64,000 nt of DNA from Raillietiella orientalis (Eukaryota). The notes below the pieces were generated by a model. The model did not search any database. It saw nothing but the letters and a program-made list of their open reading frames with translations, and was not told the origin of the DNA. Of this stretch, positions 1 through 12,500 are shown piece after piece (position 1 is the stretch's first letter; the number at the start of each line of letters is the position of its first letter). The translations under genes were made by a program, and so were the position numbers. The DNA lies in NCBI GenBank assembly GCA_036172245.1, contig JAYWIR010000027.1, positions 620,001 through 684,000 of the forward strand, read 5' to 3'.

Positions 1-199
1 TGCGGGAGAAACTCAATCATCCTCACCACAAGCAAATGATTCCGCCCATGCATTGCAGCTGGTCTTCGGCGGTAGCTGCAAGAAACTTTGCACAGTAGCA
101 GCATCGTGGACTATGAGGTCACAGAGCCGCGATTATAGCTAGCTACAATTAAGTACCTAATACTCCTCCTGAGCGAAGGTGGGACACCATAGTTATGGT

Positions 200-2660
200 G
201 ATGCTTTCATTCCCAAACTGGGAAAATAGTGATGAAAAAGGTGAACACCAATGTTTCGAACACCCAGAGAAGCTCTGACATCAATGCTTTGTCAGTATGG
301 TGGGATGCAAAGGACGAGGAAGCAATGAAGCAAGGCAAGTAGCATTCCGTGTGGGAGCGGAGGCTTCCGTGGCGACCACTAGCGCGTGCTTCGATACCTC
401 CCCCAGGAAAAGAAGCCATAGAAGGCAGAAGTGCGACTGGTTAAGGACGTGGATGGAGTCTGGGCGTTCATGATGGACGGCTAGTAAATATGCGCGCGTT
501 GAAAGAAGGGAGGGGGCATTCTTTACTCGGTCCAACCTCCAAAACTCCAACTCCGAAAACACCAAGACCAGAGTTGCCTTCGTAAGCGGCGACTCTGTAG
601 ACACCGACATCTCGCGCCAGTGGGCAACTTCGTTGAAGAAGTCGAAAAAGCACAAATGAAGGAGTGCTGAAGAGGACGTCCGGCAATGCAGAGGTGTTCC
701 TACCTTTCCTCAGACTCGAAGCTCCACTCCTAAAAAAAACCATCCAGCAATCTGGAAGTGGCTTTCCCAGTTTTGCGAAGTACGAGGAATCATCCAGATC
801 GGGATCCTGGAGGAAGAGCACCCAGGTCGGGAGTATCTCGGGATCAGATGAAGCAGGGAGCATGCAACCCTTTGAACAGGCGGCTTTTCCAAAAGGGTGT
901 GCACAATGGCGTGCAGGCAGCATCCAGACTTACGCGTGGGGGGTGGAGTTCACGTACTCCGGTCACCGAACAGTTGTGTGCTTTCCGGGGACACTGCAGC
1001 GAGTGTGGCAAGCCGGTCACGTGGGGTGGGGTGGGCAGGGAAGGCCCGTGGTGCTGCCTTTTCCTTTTCCTAAAGGCCAGCCACGTGACAAGAGAAGGCC
1101 GTAAGCACCACGAGTGGGTTTCGAGTCCCCTCGAAAGATGACGCTGGGTGGACCACGGGCTTCGAGTGGACACTGGTGGAAGAAGCCGGAAACCGGATGC
1201 CTCCGCTGACTGGCCAGGAATGGAAGTTGACCCTCCGGGGTCCTTCCAGGAATGGAGGAGCCCTTCGGGGTTCCCTCCTGTTGCGAAATTGGACCCGTCC
1301 CCCTCCTCCTTTGAAGAAGCAGGGGCCCTTCGTCTCGTAACAAGGAGCCGATTGATACCTTCGGAGGGTTGCCTCTCCAGAGTGTAAGAAGCGCGCTGCT
1401 CCCTTCGAGGAGAGGTCTTCAGAGAAATGGGGAAGTGTCCCTTCTGGGTTCTCTTCGGAGGAGCAAAGAGGGAGTGCTTCCCTGCCTCCAGAGAAGAAAT
1501 TCCAGGGGTGTGCATCCTTTCCCCGGGTTCCCTTCGGAGAAGAACCAGGGTGTCTAGATTCAGGACCAGGGTAATGGAGTATCTTCCTCCGGGGGACCCT
1601 TCCGGAGAAAACAAGGAAGATGTTCTTCACTTCGAGGTTTCCCTCCCAAGCGCAAGAGAGGAACGAACTCCTAACTGCGAAGGCTTCTTGGATTTGTAGG
1701 GTGGTCCCTCCGGGGTCACCCCCTATAACTTGAAAAGTTACACGTACCCTCGGGTGATGTGGGCAGCGGTCATGAAGAGTTTCGAGACTCACCCCTGAGA
1801 AGGCAGGCGGCTCTCCAGCACTCCTTGAGGGAGCAGCAGACCCCAGGCAAAATTGCTGAGCAAGAAAAAATCGGGAAAAACAGCAATGCACCAAGGAAAG
1901 TGTCCGCCTCGCCAAAGTGTTCCAGAAAGAAAAGCATACAGAAGCGAAGGACGTTGGGGAAGGAACTGGAGAAAAAAAGCCACCAGGCTCTCCTGCCTGA
2001 AGAGTCTCCTAGAAAAGGAGAGAGGAAAAAAAGGCAAAGGACCTCACCATATGTGTAGAGACTGCAGAGGGAACCCTTGGCAAGACCTAGGGTGTGGTCC
2101 AGGAGGATCAAACCTTCCAAGTAATCGTAGTCATCCCATCAAGACTGCCAACAACGCACGATGGATGAGAGGGAGGAAGGTGTATGACAGGGTCGTCTCG
2201 TCGCCTCCGTGAAAGAAGCCAGCAGGCAGCTAGGTGGAGGTCGAAGCATACCAGATGCTCCACGACGGATGGGCCGAAAGGGACTCCGAAACGCAGCGGC
2301 CCAAAGACAGCGAGCTCGTGCAAGAACCCGTACTCTGGCTGGTGAGAGAACTCAGTGATCAAGAAACCAACAGCGAGGTAGAAATGGAGCAGCAGTCTCC
2401 CAAGGACCTACCTAGTACAAAAAAAGACAGAAGAGCACCAATCCCCTGAGTGGTTGAACAGTGATGAGGTTGAACAACTGAGCAACAAGGAGCATCATAG
2501 TGGCATCCTGGGACATCAACGAACCAAATGAAAAGGAGTCAGAGGATCCACATCAATCAGGAAGGCATCGTCTTACTCTAGGAAACTCATGAAGAGCCAT
2601 CAAGAAACTGACAGGAGCTGACTCGGCATCTGGGAGTGCAGATCTTTGAAAATCGAACAA
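200..2660 (-). mobile_element. Degenerate DIRS-like (tyrosine-recombinase) retrotransposon relic, interrupted by repeat family X
   Basis: Minus-strand frames give broken motifs in DIRS order: RT-like 'GDW..' and 'SFTEATRRP...DYLEGLILL' (~2450-1800; cf. PRxFTK...YLDD), a methyltransferase-like stretch (~920-660), then YR-like 'PSLLSTRAYL' and 'RASGRHGSLRSHTECYL' (655-207). Many frameshifts; read by eye. Confidence 0.5.
930..1760 (+). repeat. Dispersed repeat family X, copy 1 (putative tRNA-derived SINE or other non-autonomous element)
   Basis: Shares blocks such as GATGACGCTGG, GAAGCCGGAAACCGGATGC, CCCTTCTGGGTTCTCTTC and CCGGAGAAAACAAGGAA with 11589-12226, 45905-46690 (reverse) and 48890-49125. 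Ends approximate. Confidence 0.8.
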
Positions 2661-4370
2661 CAGGAAAAGAGTGGCCATCTTGATGAAAGATCAGTTGTCA
2701 CTTACCATCCCCAAAACTTTCAAAAGTTGGAATATCACACCCCTGCTTTGCAGATATCCTGATCTGGAAACTTACATTTAGTTTTGATGAACGTATTCAG
2801 GCCACATAAGAACAAAACACTGAGCTGGAGCTCTGAGGGATCTCCTGAAGAGATGATTGTAGCACACAAGATGGCGAGGAGAAGGAACAAAACATATCTC
2901 AGACCCAACATGAAATTTCAATCCGGGGCTTGGCATAGAAATGTTTTTATAACGAACCATTAAAAACTGAAAATTTTTTAGTCTTCAGGGGCATAGGCCA
3001 TGTTTTATCATCATTCGTCGAATCCATGTTTACTGATTTGGATGAGCAGAATCTAAATGTAAATGTAAAGTGAGAAGATGTTCGCGCATTAGCAACATGA
3101 TGGTCCCAAGAAGAATAATTCATTTGATTCTACGGATGTCAAATGGCTGTGCTGACAATTTGAGCAAATTTGACGAAAGGCAATTCAATGTGTCCATCCA
3201 TATGATCTCAGACCTTATCTGAATCTGTGTGTATGTTTTTTCTTTTCTTACAAATGTACAATTAGAAATGTTACCAAACGCAAGTTAATGATTTCGTTAA
3301 GGAATCGAGATTCTTGTGATGAACTAAGGTAGTGATTTGCTTGAAACAATAACTACTGTTGTGATGAAAGATAAACACAAGAAATAGCTTTTTAGAACAA
3401 CTTAATTTTGTCGTGTCTTTGTTCGAAGATGTACCCAAGCCATGTAATACATCAAAAACTCTGATTAGTGATGTACTATCTTGTTGGATATCTTCTGTTG
3501 AAAACAATCCAGTAACACCTTTAATATGACTCAACCACTTCTATTATTGACTCCAAGTAAGCAAGTGTTTCATGTTTTGAATTAATTAAGATTTAATACA
3601 ACCCGTTTTCGGACCCTTCTTTGAGAGACCATAACCTCTCATCTAATAGCGGGTATAATTTAAGATTATTTAAGTTTTTTATATAATATAGTTTAATTTG
3701 ATTTTTATAAATATAATTTAATTTTTTTTTTTTCATTCACCACGTGTGTAGTGAAGTGTAATCTGTTGGCTGTGCTATTCCGAGCATTCAAGATAATAGC
3801 CAATAGTTCAGAGCGAAAATTCAAAAGATATTTGGGATATATGTATCTTTCATTAATTGAATTGTTTCTAAATATACTATTAAAAATAATTCTTCCGTAA
3901 AATGCACAATGTTTATTCTTCTAAGTTGCGTGTTTGAAAACTAGATCTTGGCATCCATGAGATTTGTCGCGAGCACCGAAAGTCTTCCGTGAGGCAAGTG
4001 GTAATGTTTGCAGTCTTGCAGGTACGTCATGTGCAGCAAGGAAGGAAGATTGAGGGTTTTCACTACAGTACTGCATGTCAAGGCCTGTTTTTAGTTTTCT
4101 GAATCCCATGTCAAAAGGCAGAAATAGTAGATTAACAGTACAGTTCCTAGATATGGGAATTAATAATCAAGATGAAACATATCCTTAATAGGATTCAGTT
4201 CTCAGTTCAACATCGAAGGACCTTCATTGCCCTAGATAATTTCAAGTAGACGGTTAAACAAGTACAATGCTTTGAGTTGAGCTCGATATTTTCAACTGTG
4301 CGTGTGATCCAAACATTTGTCAAAAAGTGTTGCAAATAATGCAATCAGCTTAGGCAGCCCAGAGAACTGA

Positions 4371-6134
4371 ATGGCTCGTGTTTTGAGAACGCTTAGAAAT
4401 CATTGGAAAAAGACCACATTTGCGGTTTGCGTTACTTCTTATGGGACGTGCAAAGGATGGGAACACTATCGGTGAGTAAAAAGCTTCAGATTCCCATGTT
4501 TTTGTAGAAATGTTCAGATGATGAGATCATATTGCAAAGAAGCTAGCATCTTTGGGGATGTGCCCATATCTGTCAATGGGGAGTCTAAGCATGTGACAGT
4601 CTTGCTGAATCCTGGGGCAAACAATGGGTAAGAGAAAAACAAAAAGGTCACTTTGAGCTTTTACAGCAAATGCCATAAGAAATTTGAGAAGTGGTGTGAA
4701 CCATTGCTGCACCTGGCAGGCCTGCATGTTTCAGTGGTAGTATTGGAAGAATCTAGTCAAATTACCAGACTCTTAGAACAGTTGGCTTACCCTAATGCTA
4801 GTGTAATAGTTGCTGGAGGTGATGGCACAGCACAAAGAGTACTCAGTGACTTGCTGGGAAACAATCTCTCTGTTCCCATTGCCTTCCTACCTCTAGGAAC
4901 CAAAAATCAGATAGCTAAACATTTTGTCTCTAACACCCTGTCCCATACACAACAGCTAATTTGTGCTACCATGGCTGTGGTGCAACAGAAAATCCAAGTT
5001 GCCAATGTACTGCAAGTTGAGGTAAAGTCTAAATTTGGAAACAAGTCAGGATCTGCTGTAGATGGGAAACCAACAAAATCCCACGTACTGTCTGTCTGGA
5101 GTGTGGTATGGACCTTTAAAAGATGCTGAATGTCAAGAGTCCTCCTACTGGTATCTGGGCTGGCTGAGTCAATGGGTGCCATTTCTGCTGCGCAGAAGTC
5201 AAGATGGCCATACGTTAGATATGAGCTGGGCTGCACCTTGCCCTGGTTGCCAGCGTTGCTACATGAGCAACTCCTACGAAAGTAGCAAGTCGGGTTATTG
5301 GTGGCTCAAGTGGATGTACAAGGAAAATAAGCCAAAACCGCAGCATGAGAACCCGTCTTGCGGACACGTGAACCATGAAATAAGGAGAACAGTCAGTTTG
5401 CGTGTTCGTCCAAATGCCCCTTCGGAAGTAGCAGTCCCAGGCATGGCCGTCACTTTGGGTAAGAGCTAAAAACGTTCCCCCTCCGTTTTTTTTTGCTGAT
5501 GCTGAGAACCATGGATAGGACCTGCGTCTCTCAACTGGTTGCAGTGGATCCGAGAACACAGAGCTCTCCGGAAAGGAGATAGCGAAACTTGCTCCTATTC
5601 GTTTTACGCCAAAGAGCTGACAGTCGCCGATCAGGTGTGTATGCTGCGAGGCTCAGATGCAATTCCCGAGCCCACGTGGATGAAATGAGTGGAAAGCGAG
5701 ACGGCATAGCTTGCAAGATGATTCAACCAGCTCTCATGGCGGTTCGGTCTGTTTGTTTGTTTGTTTGTGCTTTGGTTTTCGTTTGCCGCTGCAGTGCGAT
5801 CCGAGCAGATTTTTCCCGTCTGCCTTCGTGCGCCCACAGGGCCTCCCCTCGTAGCCTCCCACCCCCTCCCTTTCCCCCTCGTGCCTAAATTCCGAGTGTA
5901 GCCGTGCACCCCCGCGGATGCCGGGTTCTCCCACGTCGCGTCGTGTGCTGTCGGTTTTGATCTGTGCTCTCACCGTTGCGTATGCCGTGAACTGTGACCT
6001 TACACCTGGCGAATTTACCTCAGGATGGGAAGTTGTGCTGCTCCGCCGACGGCGAGGAGAAACCTGTAGAGGTGATGAACATCCGATTCCTCGCCAACAG
6101 GGTGACAGTCTACTCAGGGAAAAACCACCAGTGA
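4371..6134 (+). CDS. AGK: Acylglycerol kinase (mitochondrial multisubstrate lipid kinase), 6 exons
   Basis: Exons 4371-4471, 4508-4627, 4667-5021, 5062-5458, 5519-5634, 6024-6134, all GT-AG and phase-consistent. N-terminus [28 protein letters not shown] catalytic motif [25 protein letters not shown]-terminal [17 protein letters not shown]. The last two exons are less certain than the first four. Confidence 0.93.
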
Positions 6135-6149
6135 CTCGGGGCCGACGCG

Positions 6150-6155
6150 AATAAA
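6150..6155 (+). promoter_or_regulatory. Polyadenylation signal of AGK
   Basis: AATAAA starting 16 nt after the end of the predicted stop (TGA 6132-6134), followed by a T/GT-rich stretch. Confidence 0.65.
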
Positions 6156-6506
6156 CATTTCACTGCATTTATTACTGTTGTTATTGTTTTCCCCGTTTGT
6201 TCTTCCCGCTCCTTCTTCGTTTGGTGCTCGCACTCCTTTTCAGAAAAAAAAAAGAAAAATGCACTGGGTTCTTCCAGCGTAGTAGCTAAATAGTTGTTGC
6301 CAATAGAAATTATTAGAAGCAGATGGATGGAGAGGCGGCAACCAATGAGGGCAACGCATCGGCGAGCTTGTTGAGCTTACGAAAGCGTTGGTGATCCATC
6401 CGTCCCGGTGGAGTGGAAGGCAAAGCTCTGCAGCAGTGTGCGCCTCCAATGTGGTTCGCGAGTCGGGTCAGGAGTGGTAGAAAGGACCCGGAGGTGCGTC
6501 TCAGAG

Positions 6507-9500
6507 ATGCGTCCTAGGCAGTTGTTTTTGCTAACGGTAGCTTTCCTGTTGTACATCCTCCTGGGTTCCGTTTGCTACATGAACATGGAGTCGAAGCGGC
6601 ACCACTTCGAGATGGAACTCCAGAGAGACAGGTTCCTCAGGTCAGAAGGTAAAAGCAGAAAAAAGAGGGGGCAACAAACAAACAGACAAAAAAAAAAGAA
6701 GGCCCGTTTTGGCGCGCCCTTTTGATGGGACGCGCTTTGGCCAAGAGGGAACGCACGAGAGTGGCCGTAGGGTTTTGGCGAGCTCCCGCTTTGATGCGGG
6801 AAGAAGAGAGGCGAAGCCGAACTTCGAAGTTTACGTTTGGGAATTTTTTACGATAGGCCCGCCCGAAAGAGAACCGCTTCGCGCCCTTCCTCCTCCTCCT
6901 CCTCCTCCCCCTACCCCTGCACCTTGTTTTTCATTCGGGGTAACGGATCCCTTAGGGATGCCTGGGCTCTTTGAAGGACGCGCGACCCTAACTCCTCCTC
7001 CCTTCCCCAACACGACGTCCTGGAGAGGCAGCGGGGGAAAAGGCCGCGGGTGTGCCTTCCAGTGTGGGGGGAAGGGGGGTCTCCGGGCGACAGTCCCCCT
7101 CTCCGGCTGCTTCCTCCTTGTGCTCGCTCGGAAGTTGCTGCCGCCGGGGTCAGCTGTGGAAGGCGCCCCGCGACACGCGCAGGAACGAGAAAAGCGCGCG
7201 TGCCCTTTGCCCGCCTCTTAGCACACAGCCCACGAACCGCGCGCGCGGAGCGTCGCCGTCGGAGATTAAAAACAAAAAGAAAAACGGGGGTTGTCGCGGA
7301 TCTCCTGGTGGGAGCGCGCGTCGCCCTGCCTATCCCTCTCCGCGTCCTCTCCTTCCTTCGCCCCGACTGCTCCGATCACGGAGACGCCGTTGCGAGGGCT
7401 CCCGGGAAGCCACCGCCGCCTCGTGAGGATGGTTGTCGGGGCAACCGACCAACACAAGAGAGGGGGAGGGGGAGAAGGTGGCGCCTCCGCGCGGCCACTC
7501 TGCTCATCCCCTACGGGGATGCTCGCTCGCGGTGGAAGCGCCCTCGAATGCCGCTTCCTCAGCGCGCGCGCTGCGGGCCTGTCTGCTTTCTCCCAGGTCG
7601 CTCGGTCTCCCGGCAGAAGATCGGGGCGATGATCCTACACTGCCCGCACGCTGCGAGGGTCCCCGCCCGTTCGCCGATGCCCCTTCCTTCCCCGTTCGCC
7701 CCGCTCGCATTCCCGGGAGGCGCACGAGTGCCGGGGCAGGCGTCCGGGAGGGAGCGACGTGGTCATTGCCAGAGGGGAGGCTGCGCAGGACGAGGATCGG
7801 TCCTTCTGACCCCCTCCCCTCCCATTGTGATCGCACGCACTCGTAGGTGCTTGGAAAAGGCGGAGGCCCTAGAGGAGGAGGAGACTTCCGCTTCCGCAGG
7901 CTCCGCTTCCGGCCATCCAAGGAGCAAGCAGGAGGGCACGCGGAGGTCTGCGTGCAGCGGATTTATGAGGGCCCCATCCCCTCCGCACACGCCTCCCCCC
8001 CCCCCTGGCGACCTCGCGAGTTTTCTCCCTGCCCCCACCGGGCGTGGGGCGGGTAGCCGCGCGCTACCGGGAGCGGCTGCCGCAGGGGAGGAGGAGGTCG
8101 CGGATGTGCGCGCGTCGAAACAGCCCGCAGCGAATCGGATCGCCCTTCTCAAGGTCGTTCTGTTTTGCGTCGGAAGCCGCCGCTGTTGCTGCTGCTGCTC
8201 GACGCGCGCGCTCATGCGGTCCGACCCTTCCGATTCCTTTCCCCTTTTTTCTCTTCCCTCCTCCTCCGAGAAAGGGAGGGACTACGAAGAGGGGGGAAGC
8301 CCGGGGAGGAGGCGGCTGGATGCCCCCCCGGCAGACACCTGCCCACCCGGACCGCGTCCGCCCTCCCAGGAGGGGACGGCGGCACCCCGCGCTAGAGGCG
8401 GTTTCCCTCCTCCCGTCTCCAGCACCACCTTGCGAAGGTGACCGGTGCGCACAAGGGAGCTCAAAGGGGTCTTGCGCCGTACGAGCGACCGCGCGTAACG
8501 CATCTCCAGGGTCGCTCCCCGACAACCGCCAGTCCCTTCCGGTCTTGGGCAGCGGCTGCTGTGCTTTCCCCCTCCCCCGTGGTGTCGTCGTCGTCGTCGT
8601 CCGCCCTCGAGCTTCCGCGGCTCGGGGGTGCACGCTGCTGCTGCTACCACCTGCGCTCGCCCGCCGACAGCTGCAGGTCCACTGGTTGCACGAGACCGTT
8701 CGCGGCGTCGGTGGGTACCGCGGACGCCAGCGTCGTTGCCCGAGCGGCGCCACGAGGAGAGGCGGTCAGCCCCGGGGCCGACCGGCCTCCGTGCCCCGCG
8801 GAGGTCCGAGGAGATCTCTGTCTCCGAACCTGCCCGCCCGCCTCTCGTGGCGCTGCCGGCGGGCTTAGGCGGCCCGGGGCCTACCCGGAAGAGCAGATCA
8901 GTATCTACTCCGCGGGAGGGGAGAGCGCGCAAAGGCAGCGGCGGTCAGGGAAGGCGTGCCGAGGGCGACACTTCCTACGGCTCCTTGCGTGCGAAGGCGC
9001 GATGCAGCCTTCTTCGAGGGAGGGAGGGAGGAGGAGGGAGTCGCCCAGTGGGCGCTGGGGGGTCGCCCCCTACGAATGGAGTCCCCGAGCCCGACTTCCT
9101 GCCTTTCGGAGAGCTCTCAGATGCTCTGTGCGGCTCGGTTGCTCGGAGGCTCTGGCCGGGATGCCCTCCGGCAATTCCGGTCGGGTTCTCGATCCCGAGC
9201 ATGGGACGCCGCAGAAGGGGTGCTACCCCACCTTCTCCTTCGTCTCTTGAAGAGGGAGCCGCACGCAAGCGTGCGGGGAAGGCGGTCTCAAGAAAAGAGT
9301 TTGGCGTGCCCTTCTTGCAGGGAGCGTCGCCACCTGCCGAGGGGCGTCCGGGGTCACGTGATTCCTCCCGCACGCGGAAGGCAGCGGGTTCCCGCGCGCC
9401 TCCTGCTGGTGGTCATGGGATGCGTCGTTTCCTGCATCGGAAGCTGCATTCGGTCTAGAGGAAGATGCTGACCGTGCCCCGAGACGGGTGTGGACGGCGC

Positions 9501-12500
9501 TTCCCCCTCCGCACTGCGTCTCGCACAGTTTCCTCTTCTCCCCCCCCCCCCTTTTCCCTCTCTCGCCTCCTGTTTTTCGGAGGGAGGGGGGAGTCTCATG
9601 TGGATGATTCGGAACTATCGCATGCTCGCTGCGTGCATGCTTTGCATTGCGATTTGAATAAGGTTGGAGAGAGAGAGACCGAATTCCTCCCGAGGGCGCC
9701 TAGGTATCGGTAGCATTTTTTTTTTTTTTCTTCTACTGTTTGAAGGTGTCAGTCACATTTGCGCACCTTCCTGCCTCCCCCGCGATCGGATCGCGCGACC
9801 CAGAGAGAAGATGCACGAGAAACGGCGCCGCAGCATCGCAGCACCGACCGAGGGCAACCCTCACGCGTGGGGGATGACTCGCTGGAAAATTCATCGGGAG
9901 ATGACTCTCGGAGGGAAGCCGCCCGCTGTAGGGTTCGGAACTATTCGGCCTCACCCCTTTCCTCCGGTTTACGTCCTTCAGAGCGAGCAAGGGAGGTGCC
10001 TTGCTGCGGAAAAAAGGGGGGGGAGGAGGAGGGGGTTAAAGGGAAAACAGTCATTAACTTGGGCTACCTAATTTAATACAAACCATCTTTCCGCTAAGGA
10101 TCTTGTTGTGTGGAGACTGCGCCATTTTCTCCCACACTTGCGGGCGATGTATTTTCGACTGGAGAAGTTTTTTTGAATTATGATCGCAGCAGCTGAAGCA
10201 CGGTACGGGCTGCGCGCACTCCGCGGATCTCTATGGAGACATCATCCCAGGTGCGAACGCTTGGTAACGAGGAAGAATGAATGGCACCGTTGAGTATAGC
10301 AAACATGTGGCACTGCGTGCGAAGACGACCCGACAGGGGACGCCTGTAGAGCGCCGAAACCGAAAGCAATCATTTAAGGGGGAAGAGAAGGGGGAGGGAG
10401 ACCTTCCTTCGGACCTTTTGCTTTCGTTGTTATCCCCTCAAACCTTTAACCACAAAGTTTGGTATGATCTTTCGAAAGGGGAGGGGGGAGACAACTTTTT
10501 TGTTTTTTCTCTCTCGGGGGCAATTCCCATGGTTACGAGGCTCCTTCCGACCGGGAACTAACACTTGGAATTTGTGTTTCAGTACTGCCATCGGCTGAGC
10601 TCCGGAAACTGTCAGAGTTCCTCAGCTCCTTCTGCACTTACTATGGAAACGGTAATGTGAAAATTTTATTATTTTATTTTTCGGCCTGACAGCGTCGCCG
10701 GTTTGTGGAGAAAATCTGTCAGACAGGACGGGATGGCACTTCATGGCATGCCGGTCACGAAACGGACCTTCCTGAGTAACATAAGGAATGAACCGTTCGG
10801 GCTCCCAAGTCGAGGCACGATGGTGCTGCAGGTCTTCCCGAGGTTTCCCCACTGTTCCGGAAGCAGCCCCAGCGTCGTCCATAAGAACGCGTCGCTTTTT
10901 TGTGACCCAATGACCTGGTCAGAGGACCGCGTCGGAGATCCTTCCTGAAGGGGCTCCTTTGCCTCTGGCGAGTTCGAGGTCTGTGATGCCTGCTCCACAC
11001 AGTTGTGCCGCTGCGGGAGAAATACGACTGGGCATCCCGCCACCCACTTAAGAGGAACGGTTCGGCGTGCGCGCGCTCAACTTGCTACATTAAAATTGCC
11101 TCCTGGAGGGAGTGGTGCCTTTCTCCGCCATGCGGCTGTGATGGTCCGTAGACTATTAGAGGGGGGAATGACCCTTCACACGGATTCGCAATGGGGGGCT
11201 CCACTGCGGGGAGTCATCGTAAACCCCACCGGGGATGCGTGGCGAGAGTCGTGCACTGGAAAATGAGGTGCGGAACATCACTCGCCGCCTCCCCAAACGT
11301 CGTTCGGGGGGCGGTGAATCCTGTAAGTCCTCAGGAAGCAGACTCTTCTGGGGCGCAAAGAGAAAGCGATCCCTCTTTGCATGCCAATTCGGATCTTGGA
11401 AAAGTGGTTCGGAAAGCAAGGAAAGGGTGGTGCAAATTGCCGGTGCCCTTGAAAGCTCCAATTAGCGAAATTATCGAAGAGATCATCGACCTTACTCTCT
11501 ACACTGGCACCCCCCGGAGCGTTGTCGTTTTGTGAGAATTCACAAGTGCATCGTCCATGACAAGCCTCTAGGGACAGATCATCTTCGGGGAACGGTTCGG
11601 TGCGCGCGCGCTTAACTTGCTACATTAAATTGCCCGAGTTGTGTGGCAACGGTCTCCGCGCGTGGTGTCAAGCGTTACGGATTCGAATCCCCACATGGAG
11701 GATTGACGCCGAGAAAGAGATGATGGTTTCGAGGTTTCGAGTAGCTCGTGGTTTCGAGTACCCCCCGCTGGATGACGCTGGTTGGCCCGCGGGCTTCGGG
11801 TACGGCGCCAGTGGAAGCCGGAAACCGGATGCATCTGCTGACTGGCCGAGATTCCTTCCAGAGATCAAGGAATCCTTCGGGGATCCCCTCCGGTTGTGAA
11901 AAGGGAGCTGCGCCATCCCATGCCATGGAGCTAGTTGATACCCCTCTCGGGAATTGCCTCCCCAGAGTGTCAAGAAGCGCGCTGCTCCTCTCTGGGAACA
12001 CCCTTCACAGAAATCGGAAAGCAACCTTTTGGGATTCTCTTCAGAGTAGCAAGGAGCGGTTCCCTTGCAGGTTCCCTTCGGGGAAGGAATGAGAAGTGAA
12101 CTCCCTTTCGGAGGTTCCCTTTGGACTTATCCAGGGTGATAGGAACGGACTCCTTCCTGAGGAGCTTTTCCTTTCTCCCCCCCCCCCCATCCCCAAGGAG
12201 GCGAACGGTTCTTGAGTACTTAACTTCGTGATCCACAGGGCAAAAGCAGCGTATGAACATTTTGTGTGGTCATCCGTTCGTCCAAAAAAAAAATGGTTGT
12301 CCGTAATCACTCGTCCTAGGGCGTGCTCGCAGTATGTTCTGAACCTCACGCTGATGAGCTCATATCTCCGAAAGATAAAGAGATATTGGGACGTCGGTGA
12401 CCGAAATCGGAGAAAACACCAGAATGACGAAAGAGTGGCAGCAGACGTCGAAGGTCGGTGCACTTGCGGATGATTTGCATCAATGACCCAAACCGCCTTT

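Noticed and set aside
7050..9470. Long overlapping ORFs (up to 463 aa) in K2P intron 1
   Set aside because: R/P/G/A-rich, open in several frames on both strands, no domain; expected in GC-rich repeat DNA.
11635..11700. tRNA gene
   Set aside because: A/B-box-like motifs only; no cloverleaf could be folded; part of repeat X.
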